NCBI GenBank assembly: GCA_019057475.1
Contig: DXJO01000019.1
Location: 1 to 26,936, forward strand
DNA from: Candidatus Thorarchaeota archaeon
Lineage (GTDB): Archaea; Asgardarchaeota; Thorarchaeia; Thorarchaeales; Thorarchaeaceae
Length of the DNA stretch: 26,936 bases
Reading direction: 5' to 3'
Shown one piece after another: positions 25,819 through 26,936 of this stretch. Below the pieces are notes generated by a model, which was not told where the DNA came from, ran no database searches, and was given only the letters and a program-made list of their open reading frames with translations. The position numbers and the translations under genes are program-made. Position 1 is the stretch's first letter, and every line of letters starts with the position of its first letter.

Positions 25819-26832
25819 CTAATCCGGAACCATTGTCATTAGATACAGCGTGCGGCCTACCGACTGCACGATTTCCACGGTGCCATCCCCGTCCACATCT
25901 CCAAGTGCTACCAATGCCTCAGCTGCCTTTTTGACTGGCCTAATCGAAGCCTCCGGAGTTAGCATTCTCGATTCGTAAGAAAGAACCGTTATGTTCGAGT
26001 TGCCCTGGCAGGAAACTACTTGACCATCAGCTCCCGCCTTATCCAAGAGATGACCAATCCGCACAGACGTGATCGTGCTAGGCGCTCTGATGCTCGCCAG
26101 TTGCTTCATTTCTCCTTGGTCAATTCCGTGCAGTGTTAGTTGTTTGTTATCCGAAATTGTAAGAATCTCATCGCTATGCCCGCCAGTGACCGCACCTGTG
26201 GCCACGAGGCTAATCTCACCCTTAACCTTAGAGCGATGAATCTCGTGAAGCCTATCGTCTGCATATTGATAGACATAGAGGTGCCCTGTGTCATCTCCAA
26301 ACACAAATCGGGAGAATGAGAGTCCCCTGCTTTTCAGTGGTTTCATTGAGAACACAGGTCTATCAATCACCTTATGCGCAAGCTTGTCCAATGCAACGTC
26401 AAACCATCCGTAGCATCTCAGGGCATTATCGGCAGTAGCCACAATTACCTCAGCTGAGTCATCACTTACGACGTTTGTGACACAAATGGCTGTGGGAAGA
26501 GTTACAAGGGGTGTGGTAGCTCTGACCCCCAACTCGCCATCCATCAAGCTCACAACTCGGAGCATATTGTCGAGGCCCCCGAGCACGAAGTCCTTGACGC
26601 CATTTCCCATCACATCGCCAAGCCCCATTGCAGCAACGGGCGGTAGATTGCCGGTTTTCATAATCTCGGTGGCTCTAACCTTTTTGCCAACCTCAAATTC
26701 AAAGATACGAAGCTCACCATTCATTGTCGTAAGAACAAGGCTATCTTTGCCATCGCCAGTGAGGTCTGTGAGTTCTAAACCAGTGATGACCTCCTTGAAT
26801 GGAATTTCTGCGATTATCTCGAGCTTGGGCAT
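25819..26832 (-). CDS. FG-GAP/VCBS-repeat beta-propeller protein
   Basis: Repeated D-x-x-G-D-G-like blades: DLTGDGKDSLV, GDVMGNGVKDFV, NVVSDDSAEVI, GAVTGGHSDEIL and GDVDGDGTVEIV. No signal peptide. Confidence 0.8.
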   Translation of the reverse strand: MPKLEIIAEIPFKEVITGLELTDLTGDGKDSLVLTTMNGELRIFEFEVGKKVRATEIMKTGNLPPVAAMGLGDVMGNGVKDFVLGGLDNMLRVVSLMDGELGVRATTPLVTLPTAICVTNVVSDDSAEVIVATADNALRCYGWFDVALDKLAHKVIDRPVFSMKPLKSRGLSFSRFVFGDDTGHLYVYQYADDRLHEIHRSKVKGEISLVATGAVTGGHSDEILTISDNKQLTLHGIDQGEMKQLASIRAPSTITSVRIGHLLDKAGADGQVVSCQGNSNITVLSYESRMLTPEASIRPVKKAAEALVALGDVDGDGTVEIVQSVGRTLYLMTMVPD

Positions 26833-26936
26833 TCTATGGTATCCTTTTTACATTGTAGTGATTGGGCTGTTTGAACCCAGCTTGACCAATTTAAGAGTTG
26901 TTCCAGTGGACAGCTAAGAGAATATCGAACCGCTCA

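Noticed and set aside
212-26917. Numerous short antisense or alternate-frame ORFs (e.g. 288-809, 4658-5206, 9210-9746, 13487-14023, 26477-26917)
   Set aside because: They overlap well-supported genes and lack recognisable motifs; treated as shadow ORFs.

Overview
This is an archaeal genomic window; an Asgard/Thorarchaeia-like origin is plausible but is my inference, not shown. It covers the tail of the conserved exosome/ribosome superoperon: rpl37ae, Brix, pcc1, pfdB, DUF3194, DHH and ECF transporter genes. Further on are histidine utilisation genes (hutU, hutH, hutI), tRNA-modification genes (cgi121, THUMP, sua5/tsaC), a nucleotidyltransferase plus CDP-alcohol phosphotransferase pair, and a cytoplasmic FG-GAP beta-propeller. 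The standout is an ~8.6 kb element (671-9290) inserted between rpl37ae and Brix. It carries an IS607-type serine transposase (frameshifted in this sequence) and a 1822-aa cargo protein with a PD-(D/E)XK nuclease and a degenerate P-loop-like region. It also carries an unusually large (~700-763 aa) TnpB/Cas12-like nuclease with an intact RuvC triad and no CRISPR array. The element ends are readable by eye: ~30-bp imperfect inverted motif arrays and an exact 13-bp direct repeat (GGTTCCGTAACTG) at both junctions. A compact pseudoknotted omegaRNA-like structure ends at the right-hand GG. Its predicted guide matches both the empty site and the first 11 nt of the element's own left junction, which suggests homology- or RNA-directed integration rather than ordinary IS607 GG insertion.
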